In this document: positions 47,679 through 56,645 of the stretch, piece after piece
How positions within the stretch are numbered: position 1 is the first letter of the stretch
Layout of the letters: each line of letters starts with the position of its first letter
Origin: Escherichia phage vB_EcoM_SP1
Direction: 5' to 3' (one strand)
Sequence record: MT682709.1
Length of the DNA: 64,000 bases
Position numbers and translations under genes: made by a program
Notes under the pieces: model-generated
Told to the model about the DNA's origin: nothing
Database searches by the model: none
Seen by the model: the letters and a program-made list of their open reading frames with translations, nothing else

Positions 47679-47891
47679 ATGCTACAATTAACTGAAAAGC
47701 AACTTCGCAATCTTACTGTTCTTCAATTAGATGAAATTCGTAGGGAAGTTGGAAATATCATTTCAGCTTTGCGTCGAGAAGTATCACTCAACCAATCTCC
47801 GGCAGACTATACTAGATTGCGAAATTTTGAAAAATACCTTGATAAAGTTAAGGCCGTGCATCGGCATAAAGTAAATACAGGACAAAAATGA
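47679..47891 (+). CDS. hypothetical protein
   Basis: 70 aa ORF between tk and rI. Confidence 0.5.
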
Positions 47892-47903
47892 TAGGAGGCC
47901 TTT

Positions 47904-48197
47904 ATGGCCTTAAAAGCAACGGCATTATTTGCCATGCTAGGATTAGCGTTTGCTTTATCTCCACCAATTGAAGCGAATGTCGATCCTCATTTTGATAAAT
48001 TTATGGAATCTGGTATTAGACATGTTTATATGCTTTTTGAAAATAAAAGCGTAGAATCATCTGAACAGTTCTATAGTTTTATGCGAACGACCTATAAAAA
48101 TGACCCGTGCTCTTCCGATTTTGAATGTATAGAACGAGGCGCGGAGATGGCACAATCATACGCTAGAATTATGAACATTAAATTGGAGACTGAATGA
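47904..48197 (+). CDS. rI: lysis inhibition regulator rI (antiholin)
   Basis: 97 aa with signal sequence; matches recalled T4 RI (MALKATALFAMLGL...[24 protein letters not shown]). Confidence 0.85.
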   Translation: MALKATALFAMLGLAFALSPPIEANVDPHFDKFMESGIRHVYMLFENKSVESSEQFYSFMRTTYKNDPCSSDFECIERGAEMAQSYARIMNIKLETE

Positions 48198-48580
48198 AAT
48201 TCAGCGACTTTTCACAAAGTGGAAAACCTTCAAAGGCAGATGAATACTTAGGTTTATTAATGGCTGCACAAGCTTATTTTCATTCTGCGCATTTTGAAAC
48301 TAAAAGTTATGCTAGACACAAGGCATACGATTTTATTTTCTCTGAGTTGCCAGATTTGATTGATAAATTTGGTGAGCAGTATTTGGGGTATTCTGGTAGA
48401 AAATACACACCTTCAATTCCAGATGCTAGTAAACTTCCTACCGACACAATTAAAATGATTGATCGTATACTAGACCAATCTAACAGCATTTACAAAGAAA
48501 TGCCTCCAGCCATTCAAAGTACGATAGATGATATTACTGGAATGTTTTATCAAAGTAAATATCTTCTTTCCCTCGAATAA
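48194..48580 (+). CDS. hypothetical protein
   Basis: 128 aa, ATGA overlap with rI. Confidence 0.55.
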   Translation: MKFSDFSQSGKPSKADEYLGLLMAAQAYFHSAHFETKSYARHKAYDFIFSELPDLIDKFGEQYLGYSGRKYTPSIPDASKLPTDTIKMIDRILDQSNSIYKEMPPAIQSTIDDITGMFYQSKYLLSLE

Positions 48581-48584
48581 CATT

Positions 48585-48607
48585 AGTCTCCTTCGGGAGA
48601 CTTTTTT
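48585..48607 (+). terminator. intrinsic terminator
   Basis: AGTCTCC-ttcg-GGAGACT followed by TTTTTT. Confidence 0.8.
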
Positions 48608-48617
48608 CATTTTACCG

Positions 48618-48647
48618 GTTTACTTTCTATTTGAGCTGTGATACTAT
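48618..48647 (+). promoter_or_regulatory. early promoter (GTTTAC ... TACTAT)
   Basis: 18-bp spacing. Confidence 0.6.
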
Positions 48648-48675
48648 ACAACCATCGGATAAAGAGGAGAACATC

Positions 48676-48864
48676 ATGAAAATTGAAGCACTTAATCAAG
48701 AAGGAAATATATACGTCATCATTAATGGTGATTTTTTCGTCGACATGGATGAAGTTACCAGTGAAGAACTTGAAGAACTTCTTAAGAAACGTTATGATAT
48801 GTGTGATGAAGCTGCAACTCATATGGCGTGTGCAATATTCTCTCTTTCATATGTGGTGGAATAA
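48676..48864 (+). CDS. hypothetical small protein
   Basis: 62 aa from ATG after GAGGAG; the track's TTG start discarded. Confidence 0.5.
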   Translation: MKIEALNQEGNIYVIINGDFFVDMDEVTSEELEELLKKRYDMCDEAATHMACAIFSLSYVVE

Positions 48865-49046
48865 TGATTAGTATCAAACAAGCAGATAAAATTAAAGAAT
48901 TGGTAGCTTTAATTCGCAAAGCAGATGAGGAACGCATTAACTTTGCCTTATCAGGTATTGAAGAATTTGAAGCTAAAGTTGATAATGCTGTAGAAGCGTT
49001 AGATATGTTTCTTGATGAAATTATCGATCATAATACGAGAGTTTAA
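48864..49046 (+). CDS. hypothetical small protein
   Basis: 60 aa from ATG overlapping the upstream stop; the track's GTG start discarded. Confidence 0.45.
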   Translation: MISIKQADKIKELVALIRKADEERINFALSGIEEFEAKVDNAVEALDMFLDEIIDHNTRV

Positions 49047-49048
49047 TT

Positions 49049-49243
49049 ATGCTAACACGTGAACAGTTTGAAAAAATCATTAAATTAGCACGTGATATTG
49101 AAATAGATTCATACCAATTAGCAGTTGAGCATTGTGAAGGATATTCATACGACGGTATAGAAGCAGCTAAAAAGGATTTGGATAAATCCAAAGCTAAGTT
49201 AGTTCAATATCTTGAAATGATTAGGTGGAATAATGAAAACTGA
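49049..49243 (+). CDS. hypothetical small protein
   Basis: 64 aa. Confidence 0.45.
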   Translation: MLTREQFEKIIKLARDIEIDSYQLAVEHCEGYSYDGIEAAKKDLDKSKAKLVQYLEMIRWNNEN

Positions 49244-49406
49244 AAAGCAGATATTTTTAATGAAGCTAATTGAAGAATATGCTAATGCAGTTTCTGACTA
49301 TGAGTGTTCTTCTCGGGAAAGAGGTATAGCTTTCGCCAAAGAAGAAATGAAAATCATGGTTGATGCTCACACAAAGCTTCAGAATTTTATTGAAAACGTC
49401 ATTTAA
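49233..49406 (+). CDS. hypothetical small protein
   Basis: 57 aa ORF below the track cutoff, overlapping the upstream stop. Confidence 0.35.
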   Translation: MKTEKQIFLMKLIEEYANAVSDYECSSRERGIAFAKEEMKIMVDAHTKLQNFIENVI

Positions 49407-49408
49407 TG

Positions 49409-49438
49409 GTTTACAAGTTGGCAAGGTTATGGTATAGT
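49409..49438 (+). promoter_or_regulatory. early promoter (GTTTAC ... TATAGT) flanked by inverted repeat
   Basis: 18-bp spacing; gttggcaag / cttgccaac inverted repeat brackets the -10. Confidence 0.5.
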
Positions 49439-49570
49439 AATCTTGCCAACTGTCAAGGAGAAGAGAATGAAAGTTTTGTTTGTTGTGTATGTGATGATTC
49501 AATATAATTACCCAATGTTTACTTATAATCTGGTGAATAACATTATTGATATTATTCAAAGGAGTATGTA

Positions 49571-50116
49571 ATGACGGTAGCGGCGAAACGATTAGTATTA
49601 GAAGTTAGTTCACTTTTTGGTGAATTGGCTATAGAAAAAGTAAATAATGTGTATCGTTTGACACAAGAAGACGATATGCTGTATTTTACGCCTAGTGAAA
49701 TCATTCATTTAACCAAAATTGAAAATCCTTATACTGATAAAATTGTAAGCATTAATGATGAGCATAAAATTCATTTTTATTCTTCATGCCCAGGATTTAA
49801 TATTGAAAGCGAGTCAATATGCTTATCAATTAATAATTGGGATAATTTTATAACTAACATTAAATATTTTTATGATTCTACTAAAAGAAAACATAATTTA
49901 AAATGGTTTAAAAAATGTAATGCTATTATTACTAACTCCTGTAATCAGAATGATGAAACTATTTTAAATGTTTCAAAATGCTATGAAGAGGGAGATGTAG
50001 TATCTATTCGTCAAATTGACGATTTTCGATCACATATCATTACATTAAACAAAGACGAAGCTATTGCGCTAAAGACTTATCTTGATTCTGTTATTCCAAC
50101 TATGATTTCAAAGTGA
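49571..50116 (+). CDS. hypothetical protein (paralog pair, member 1)
   Basis: 181 aa; shares GFNIE(S/D)E and SIRQ...(A/E)(I/A)..K(T/Y)L..V.P(T/S)M with the 50123 ORF. Confidence 0.55.
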   Translation: MTVAAKRLVLEVSSLFGELAIEKVNNVYRLTQEDDMLYFTPSEIIHLTKIENPYTDKIVSINDEHKIHFYSSCPGFNIESESICLSINNWDNFITNIKYFYDSTKRKHNLKWFKKCNAIITNSCNQNDETILNVSKCYEEGDVVSIRQIDDFRSHIITLNKDEAIALKTYLDSVIPTMISK

Positions 50117-50122
50117 GGAAAT

Positions 50123-50644
50123 ATGTTTATTTCAAGTGGAAGTGGTTTAATTCGTGTTGAATTTAAAAATGACATCTTCCTTATTCAAGGAGATGATATT
50201 ATTAAAATGAGTTATGACGAAATCAAGAAAATTTGTCATGCTCTTGAAATCCGTGGAAAAGTAAATGCTACTATCGATATAGGTGATTTATGGGTGACAC
50301 TTTATGAAGTATCCGAAGGATTTAACATTGAAGATGAAAACAACATCTTAGCTATTGATAAAAGAAGTGATTTGTTTGATGTGTTAAAAGTTTATGAACA
50401 GTCAAACGGTGGAAGAAAAGCTGCATTGATTTATCAAAAACCACATTCATGTGGAACTGCTTCAATCGTTTCAAATATTGAAGATGAAACTGATACTTAT
50501 ATGTGTGTTTTAAAAGCTGGTGGTGACCGTCATCCGGATTTTATTTCTATTCGTCAAAACAATGGAGAAATTTCATTATCAAAATCAGAAGCTGAAGCTA
50601 TGATTAAGTATTTAACAACTGTTACACCTTCAATGAAAGGATAA
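50123..50644 (+). CDS. hypothetical protein (paralog pair, member 2)
   Basis: 173 aa; paralog of the 49571 ORF. Confidence 0.55.
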   Translation: MFISSGSGLIRVEFKNDIFLIQGDDIIKMSYDEIKKICHALEIRGKVNATIDIGDLWVTLYEVSEGFNIEDENNILAIDKRSDLFDVLKVYEQSNGGRKAALIYQKPHSCGTASIVSNIEDETDTYMCVLKAGGDRHPDFISIRQNNGEISLSKSEAEAMIKYLTTVTPSMKG

Positions 50645-50646
50645 TT

Positions 50647-51108
50647 ATGATTATTAATGAAAGCTCTTGGCATTATAAATTATTCAAAATGTTTAACGAC
50701 GAATGGAAACGACCTAAGACACTGTGTGCATACTTTTGGTCTATTGTTATTCCTACATTTTTCGTTTCTTTTTTCGGATGTACTATACTCGCAGGTCTAA
50801 CTATCATCTGTGCAGAAATCATGCAGAAATGGCTTATTTTTGGTAGTTTATGGACTCTTATTCCATCAGCATTTATACTTGCCATTTTGCTTGTTTTACT
50901 TATTATTGGTTCATTTGTTATTCCTGCACAACTGCGTGAAAAATATAAAGATTATAAATGGAAAAAGGATTATGCTTTACATGTAGAAAATATTGATAGG
51001 GCGTATAAAGGTTTACCTCCTATTCAACCAAAGAAATCTATTATCGTCGAATTTTTAAAAGCGCGTAAAGCTAAAGTATGTCCTGTTATTGAATATAAGG
51101 CTAAATGA
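50647..51108 (+). CDS. integral membrane protein
   Basis: 153 aa, three predicted TM helices. Confidence 0.55.
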   Translation: MIINESSWHYKLFKMFNDEWKRPKTLCAYFWSIVIPTFFVSFFGCTILAGLTIICAEIMQKWLIFGSLWTLIPSAFILAILLVLLIIGSFVIPAQLREKYKDYKWKKDYALHVENIDRAYKGLPPIQPKKSIIVEFLKARKAKVCPVIEYKAK

Positions 51109-52118
51109 TGAAAACAATAATGAAAAGCTATTTTGGTAGTCATCTTTATGGAACTTCTACTCCAGAATCTGATGTAGATTTTAAAGAAATCTTTGTTCCT
51201 CCTGCTCGTGATATTCTTATCGGAAATGTTAAAGAGCATATGAGTAAAAACACTAACAACACATCATCTAAAAACACCAAAGATGATATTGACCATGAAC
51301 TATACAGTCTTAAATATTTCTTTAAATTAGCAGCAGATGGTGAAACTGTAGCATTGGATATGCTCCACACTCCACCTGAACTGGTAGTTAAATCTGATTT
51401 GCCTGATGTATGGAAGTTTATTCAAGACAATCGTTCACGGTTTTATACAACTAACATGAAATCCTATTTAGGATATGTTCGCAAGCAAGCTTCTAAATAT
51501 GGTGTTAAGGGTTCTCGTTTGGCCGCATTGCGTGATGTATTGAAAGCAGTTAATCAAATCCCTGATCAGTGGGTTGATTACCAAGAAGACGGTTCCATTA
51601 AGCAGCGTCGAACTAAAGTAGAAGATATTAAGCATCGTCTTCCAGAAAACGAGTTCTGTGAATGGGTATTCCATAATCATGAGAAAACAGGCCCGCAAAC
51701 GTTCTATACTGTGTTGGGTCGTAAATATCAGACAACACTTTCTCTTATTGAGCTTAAGCAGTCTTTGAATAAACTTGATGCTGAATACGGCGAACGTGCT
51801 CGTAAGGCTGAAGCGAATGAGGGTATTGACTGGAAAGCACTGAGCCATGCTTGTCGTGGTGGACTCCAACTATTGGAAATTTACAAAACTGGTGACTTGG
51901 TTTATCCACTCCAAGATGCTCCATTTATTCTCGATGTGAAGTTGGGTAAACATCCATTTAAAACGATCCAAGAGTTTTTGGAAGATGTGGTCGATCAAGT
52001 AGAAGCAGCATCCATTGAAGCTTCTAAGAACGGTATGCAGCAAAAAGTAGACATGGGTTTCTGGGATGACTTCCTTGAGAGGGTTTATCTTGAAAACCAC
52101 CGAAGTTATTATAAATAA
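51105..52118 (+). CDS. nucleotidyltransferase-fold protein (Pol-beta superfamily)
   Basis: N-terminal GSHLYGTSTPESDVDF matches the GS...[DE]h[DE]h NTase motif; 337 aa with helical C-terminal half. Confidence 0.55.
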   Translation: MMKTIMKSYFGSHLYGTSTPESDVDFKEIFVPPARDILIGNVKEHMSKNTNNTSSKNTKDDIDHELYSLKYFFKLAADGETVALDMLHTPPELVVKSDLPDVWKFIQDNRSRFYTTNMKSYLGYVRKQASKYGVKGSRLAALRDVLKAVNQIPDQWVDYQEDGSIKQRRTKVEDIKHRLPENEFCEWVFHNHEKTGPQTFYTVLGRKYQTTLSLIELKQSLNKLDAEYGERARKAEANEGIDWKALSHACRGGLQLLEIYKTGDLVYPLQDAPFILDVKLGKHPFKTIQEFLEDVVDQVEAASIEASKNGMQQKVDMGFWDDFLERVYLENHRSYYK

Positions 52119-52120
52119 AA

Positions 52121-52147
52121 AGGGAGCCTTCGGGCTCCCTTTTTATT
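52121..52147 (+). terminator. intrinsic terminator
   Basis: AGGGAGCC-ttcg-GGCTCCCT followed by TTTTATTT. Confidence 0.8.
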
Positions 52148-52168
52148 TCAAAATTTTTTCACAAAACG

Positions 52169-52198
52169 GTTTACAAGCATAAAGCTTTATGGTACTAT
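52169..52198 (+). promoter_or_regulatory. early promoter (GTTTAC ... TACTAT)
   Basis: 18-bp spacing; leader near-identical to the 35972 and 53608 promoters. Confidence 0.6.
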
Positions 52199-52232
52199 AC
52201 AACTATCAACTGATACGGATTTGGAGAATAAA

Positions 52233-53201
52233 ATGAAAACTGTAACTATCAATAAGGGTATCTACTTCGGTAAAGAAATCTCTGGAACTTTTGAGCTCTT
52301 AGGCGAATGGTTCCCAGATAATGCTCCGGTAGATGCACAAGGAGATGGTAAAGTTTTTGTTGAAATTGACGGTAAACGTCGCGGTGTTTGGGTTTACAAA
52401 TCAGATATTTCATATGATGGTGTAAAAGTTGAAGAAGTTAAAGAATCATATGAAGATATGAAAATCCGCATTAATAAAAGATTTAATGTTATGGGAATGA
52501 TGACGAATGGTATTATTAATGGAAATATTCGTTCATTAATTATCTCTGGCGCAGCAGGTATTGGTAAAACGTATTCTTTAGATAAAGCTTTGAATAAAGC
52601 AAATGATATTGGATACATTGAATATAAAAGCATTAATGGTAAAATCTCTGGTATTGGTCTTTATGAGCAGCTTTGGAATAATCGTGAAGAGAATTCTGTC
52701 CTTTTGATTGATGATGTGGATGTTTTCTCTGATATGGACATTCTTAATCTTCTAAAAGCTGCTCTGGACACTGGAGAGACCCGTAAAGTCTGCTGGAGCA
52801 CTGCATCTTCTTACTTAGAAGAAAAAGGCATTGACCGTGAGTTTGAATTTAAAGGAACGATTGTTTTTATCACAAACGTTGACATTGACCGCGAATTAGA
52901 CCGTGGTACTAAACTTGCCCCACACTTACAAGCATTGGTGTCCCGCTCAGTTTATTTGGATTTGGGTGTTCACACTAATGAAGAAATTATGGTCAGGGTT
53001 GAAGATGTTATTCTTTCAACTGACATGATGCAAAAGCGCGGTCTTTCTGATGAAGAAACTTATAAAGCATTATCATGGATGAAAGTTAATGTTAATCGTT
53101 TACGCAATGTTTCACTGCGTACTGCTCTTTATCTTGCTGACTTTATTATGACCGACAAAAACGGTTGGGAAGAAATTGCTGAGGTTACTCTTCTGAAATA
53201 A
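52233..53201 (+). CDS. AAA+/P-loop ATPase
   Basis: Walker A SGAAGIGKT, Walker B VLLIDDVD; ATG 52233 after GGAG; the track's TTG start discarded. Confidence 0.6.
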   Translation: MKTVTINKGIYFGKEISGTFELLGEWFPDNAPVDAQGDGKVFVEIDGKRRGVWVYKSDISYDGVKVEEVKESYEDMKIRINKRFNVMGMMTNGIINGNIRSLIISGAAGIGKTYSLDKALNKANDIGYIEYKSINGKISGIGLYEQLWNNREENSVLLIDDVDVFSDMDILNLLKAALDTGETRKVCWSTASSYLEEKGIDREFEFKGTIVFITNVDIDRELDRGTKLAPHLQALVSRSVYLDLGVHTNEEIMVRVEDVILSTDMMQKRGLSDEETYKALSWMKVNVNRLRNVSLRTALYLADFIMTDKNGWEEIAEVTLLK

Positions 53202-53290
53202 TTCATAAGAGGACTTCTATGACAAAAAGGCAGTTCAGAAATAGATTATATGGACTGCCATCAAAAAGATGACTAGAATTAAACTGGTAA

Positions 53291-53605
53291 ATGGAGGTAG
53301 TGATGTTATACTCAAAGGCTCGTGAAATTTACGAAACTAAAATTAAAGAAGCAGTATTTCAATTCGCAACGACAATGCGATGGACAAATGACTGGGAGTA
53401 TTCAAAAAATCATAAGAAGCCCATGGTGACAAGAAAGGCTCATATGTTAGTGTTAATAGACCGTGAGCAGATTAAAGCCCGAGAAGCTCTCCAGAATCAT
53501 AAAAAGGCTGCCTTTGAATGGTTTATGGATAACACTGCTCCTGAGACTAAGAAAGCGGTAAGCGCATGGTTCAGTGGAAAAAATTGTGAAAGAAGTTTCT
53601 TTTAG
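53291..53605 (+). CDS. hypothetical protein
   Basis: 104 aa. Confidence 0.5.
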   Translation: MEVVMLYSKAREIYETKIKEAVFQFATTMRWTNDWEYSKNHKKPMVTRKAHMLVLIDREQIKAREALQNHKKAAFEWFMDNTAPETKKAVSAWFSGKNCERSFF

Positions 53606-53607
53606 TG

Positions 53608-53637
53608 GTTTACAAGACTGTTCCTCTGTGGTACTAT
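53608..53637 (+). promoter_or_regulatory. early promoter (GTTTAC ... TACTAT)
   Basis: 18-bp spacing. Confidence 0.6.
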
Positions 53638-53665
53638 ACAACTATCAACTACGGAGGAACAGAAA

Positions 53666-54193
53666 ATGAACGCTAAAGATATTTTCAACCTGGTAAATTA
53701 CAACGATGGTAAATTTAAATCTGAAGCACAAAGTAAGTTCTTTAACGACATCTCAATCGGAGGTGAAATCACTGTTGATGGAGGACAAATTTACAAATCC
53801 CGTTGGAATTGGATCGTTATTATCGATGAGATTGGTATTGTAGAAATTTACAAGAATACGAATAAAAATCGTACATTACACTGGTCTCGTGATACTAACG
53901 AACAGTACAAAAAGGATAAAGCATCTAAAATGTCTCGTGTAACTCAAGAAGATATTGAGTTCATCAAGAAAGATATTTTAATGTATGATAACTTAATTGC
54001 TGAAGAGCAAGCTGTTATTGATAAATTTGATGAGATTAAAGCTTCTCGTGAAATTCCTGATTTTATGAAAGAATCAGTAAATGAACGATACTCTCTCATT
54101 TCAGAGCGTATTGAAACTTACAAAAAGCAAAGAGCTGAACGCCAAAATACTCTTCGGAAGTTTGAAGAACGGTTAAAGACGGTACTCGCATAA
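53666..54193 (+). CDS. hypothetical protein
   Basis: 175 aa, charged C-terminal helix. Confidence 0.55.
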   Translation: MNAKDIFNLVNYNDGKFKSEAQSKFFNDISIGGEITVDGGQIYKSRWNWIVIIDEIGIVEIYKNTNKNRTLHWSRDTNEQYKKDKASKMSRVTQEDIEFIKKDILMYDNLIAEEQAVIDKFDEIKASREIPDFMKESVNERYSLISERIETYKKQRAERQNTLRKFEERLKTVLA

Positions 54194-54248
54194 CCGCTTT
54201 ATACCAAGGATGGTATAATGGTTCTAAGCCCTTTTAATTGAGATTATT

Positions 54249-54656
54249 ATGAAACAGTTGATAATTAAAAGATTGAATTTATTGATATGTTGTTTATGTG
54301 TAGTAGTTGCATATGGTTATTACGCAATTAATGATTATATGCACTATAAAGATTATGATGTTACTGTAGTTAATACTATTACAGGAACACAAGGAAAGGG
54401 GTCTAGTTTATCGTTTATTGCCGTATATGAACTCAAAGACGGTTATAGATTTAGTGAATATATTTCCCCAGAGATGTATTCTTCAATAGAAAAAGGTGAT
54501 AATATTACTGTAAGTTTACGTCCTTTCGACGTAAAACAGACACTGTTTGATAATATTGTTTGGTTCTTTGGGATGGTATTAGTTCAATCCGTGTGTGGTG
54601 CTTATATAGTCTGTTCAATCATATTCTGTGTATTTAGTAAAATTGAAATTGAGTGA
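54249..54656 (+). CDS. membrane protein
   Basis: 135 aa, N- and C-terminal TM segments. Confidence 0.5.
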   Translation: MKQLIIKRLNLLICCLCVVVAYGYYAINDYMHYKDYDVTVVNTITGTQGKGSSLSFIAVYELKDGYRFSEYISPEMYSSIEKGDNITVSLRPFDVKQTLFDNIVWFFGMVLVQSVCGAYIVCSIIFCVFSKIEIE

Positions 54657-54663
54657 GGAAAAT

Positions 54664-55551
54664 ATGTCAGTAGTAATTAATAATGTCAATACAGTAATTA
54701 AATCTTTAGTTAATAAAAAATTGAATGAATGGACTGTACTTCGTCGTGGAGAGCCAGATAAATTTTTTCATAGATTTAACCTAACTCTGAATTTGAATGT
54801 TATTGACAAAGATGTTCATGCTGAAATTTTAGATAAATTTAAAGTTGATATTGGATTTGGATTAGAAAAACATCTACAGCGAACACACGAGTCTGGAATG
54901 GATTTATCTAATCGCATTATGAAAGCCCTTAATAAAATTGGAGCGCTGTCTCGTATTAATGCGAGTGAAATCCTTCGTAATTATAATAAAGGATATGACC
55001 TTTATGGTCGACTAATGCCGAAATTATCGTTTGACCAAATGATTGCGGATTTGTGGGAAAATCAACGACGATTATTAGCATTGGGCGCTCGATTAGCTAA
55101 AGGTCTAGATAAACAAATGATTTTTAAGACCAATAATACAGAAGACCTTAAATGCTTTAAATTTAGTATGCGTGGAGATGATTATTACATCAGAGCTCAC
55201 TCTACAGATTATGTTAATATGGGGCATCATCTCTGTTTAGCTTTTGAAGTTTTAAAAGAAGCTGGAACATTAGAATATTCATCTGGTGCAAAATGCCCGA
55301 TTGGTTCAAATTGTATTTTGATTTATCGCCCGGATGAATCCAGTTCAACTAAATTGCCTACAAAACCTGTACCAGTTCGTAGTAACGAAAAACATTCTGA
55401 ACAAATTGATTATTTTAATAAGCAAATTGAAGAGCTGAATATTTCTATTCAACAATACGACGATGAAATTTTCAGACTATCTGGATTGAGTAGTAAAGCT
55501 AAATCTGAGCGTGAAAAATTAATTAAAATTGTTGATTTACTTAAATCTTAA
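54664..55551 (+). CDS. hypothetical protein with C-terminal coiled coil (tandem set 1 of 4)
   Basis: 295 aa from ATG after GAGGAA; the track's GTG start discarded. Confidence 0.55.
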   Translation: MSVVINNVNTVIKSLVNKKLNEWTVLRRGEPDKFFHRFNLTLNLNVIDKDVHAEILDKFKVDIGFGLEKHLQRTHESGMDLSNRIMKALNKIGALSRINASEILRNYNKGYDLYGRLMPKLSFDQMIADLWENQRRLLALGARLAKGLDKQMIFKTNNTEDLKCFKFSMRGDDYYIRAHSTDYVNMGHHLCLAFEVLKEAGTLEYSSGAKCPIGSNCILIYRPDESSSTKLPTKPVPVRSNEKHSEQIDYFNKQIEELNISIQQYDDEIFRLSGLSSKAKSEREKLIKIVDLLKS

Positions 55552-55559
55552 GGAACACC

Positions 55560-56588
55560 ATGAAAACTCGTTCTCAAATTGAAGATATGGTTCGTAATGC
55601 CAGCTATACCCGTGATGTTATGACATTTTTGTGTGAAAATAATTTAGACCCTGATAAAGTTAATCGTGTTATTCATCACTTTAAGTATACGAATAGCAGT
55701 GAATGGGTGCGTAATTTTAGCGAAGCAGGGTATATTACGCAAATGACGGCTCGTGAGCAGCTCACCGATTTCTGTAAAACTATTGATTATAAAAATCCTC
55801 TATTTGTTCAAGGCGTTGGTCAAAGTAAGGTCGATTTATCATCTGGATTTTTTAATCCAAATCATTATCGTATTGAATGGAGATTTATTGCTCTGTTCCG
55901 TAGACAATTAAAGCAAATTTTATCAACTGCGAGTCGATTAAAAGGTTCTGATATTAACTTAAAGAATCTGAAATTTGATGGTTATACTCTTCAGATGGAA
56001 GTAAGACCATTAAAAGAAAATAATAGAACTGCACGAATTAGCTTTAAACCTAATACAAAAAATTCTCTTTCAATTTGCGAATGCCTTAAATCACAGTTAA
56101 CAGAAGCATTTAAGTATATGGATGTTGTTGCTGCTGTTCAATCTAAGATTTTACCTCGTTTTGAACGATTTAAGTTAGATACAACATCATATGAACTTGA
56201 TATGATCGTTTCATTTAAATACGATTTTTTGAGAAAGGACGAAGTCCCGCAAGAGAAAAAGCAGGAAGCGCAAGATAACTTAAATTTAAATTTATCCAAT
56301 TACTCATCAAACGATCCTAAATTTTGGATGTATAGCTCAAGCAATATAGATGCATGTAAACTTAATAAAGTGAGTTTTCTTCCTACTGAAAATTCAAATT
56401 TTAAACCTGTAGAAAAATGGCACGCTGACGCGATTGAGAAGTCTCTTAAGGCAGTAGATGATGAACTCGTTAAAGCGACCAATGAAGTGCTAGAAGCTGA
56501 AAAGGCGTTAGAACAAGCTCAGTCAAGGGTTCAAAATCTGACAAAGCAACGTTCTAAACTGAACAATGCACTAAATGCACTGAACTAG
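55560..56588 (+). CDS. hypothetical protein with C-terminal coiled coil (tandem set 2 of 4)
   Basis: 342 aa. Confidence 0.55.
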   Translation: MKTRSQIEDMVRNASYTRDVMTFLCENNLDPDKVNRVIHHFKYTNSSEWVRNFSEAGYITQMTAREQLTDFCKTIDYKNPLFVQGVGQSKVDLSSGFFNPNHYRIEWRFIALFRRQLKQILSTASRLKGSDINLKNLKFDGYTLQMEVRPLKENNRTARISFKPNTKNSLSICECLKSQLTEAFKYMDVVAAVQSKILPRFERFKLDTTSYELDMIVSFKYDFLRKDEVPQEKKQEAQDNLNLNLSNYSSNDPKFWMYSSSNIDACKLNKVSFLPTENSNFKPVEKWHADAIEKSLKAVDDELVKATNEVLEAEKALEQAQSRVQNLTKQRSKLNNALNALN

Positions 56589-56617
56589 TTTACTTCACCA
56601 CAAGGATGTGGTATAAT
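56588..56617 (+). promoter_or_regulatory. early promoter (GTTTAC ... TGgTATAAT)
   Basis: 18-bp spacing; the -10 overlaps the track's ATG at 56616, supporting the downstream start 56646. Confidence 0.6.
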
Positions 56618-56645
56618 GTTCTTACTTTCTACTGAGGAGATTATT

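Noticed and set aside
52110-52117. TATAAATA at the 3' end of the NTase-fold gene, considered as a late promoter
   Set aside because: It encodes the terminal YYK-stop codons and is followed immediately by a strong terminator; the downstream gene has its own early promoter.
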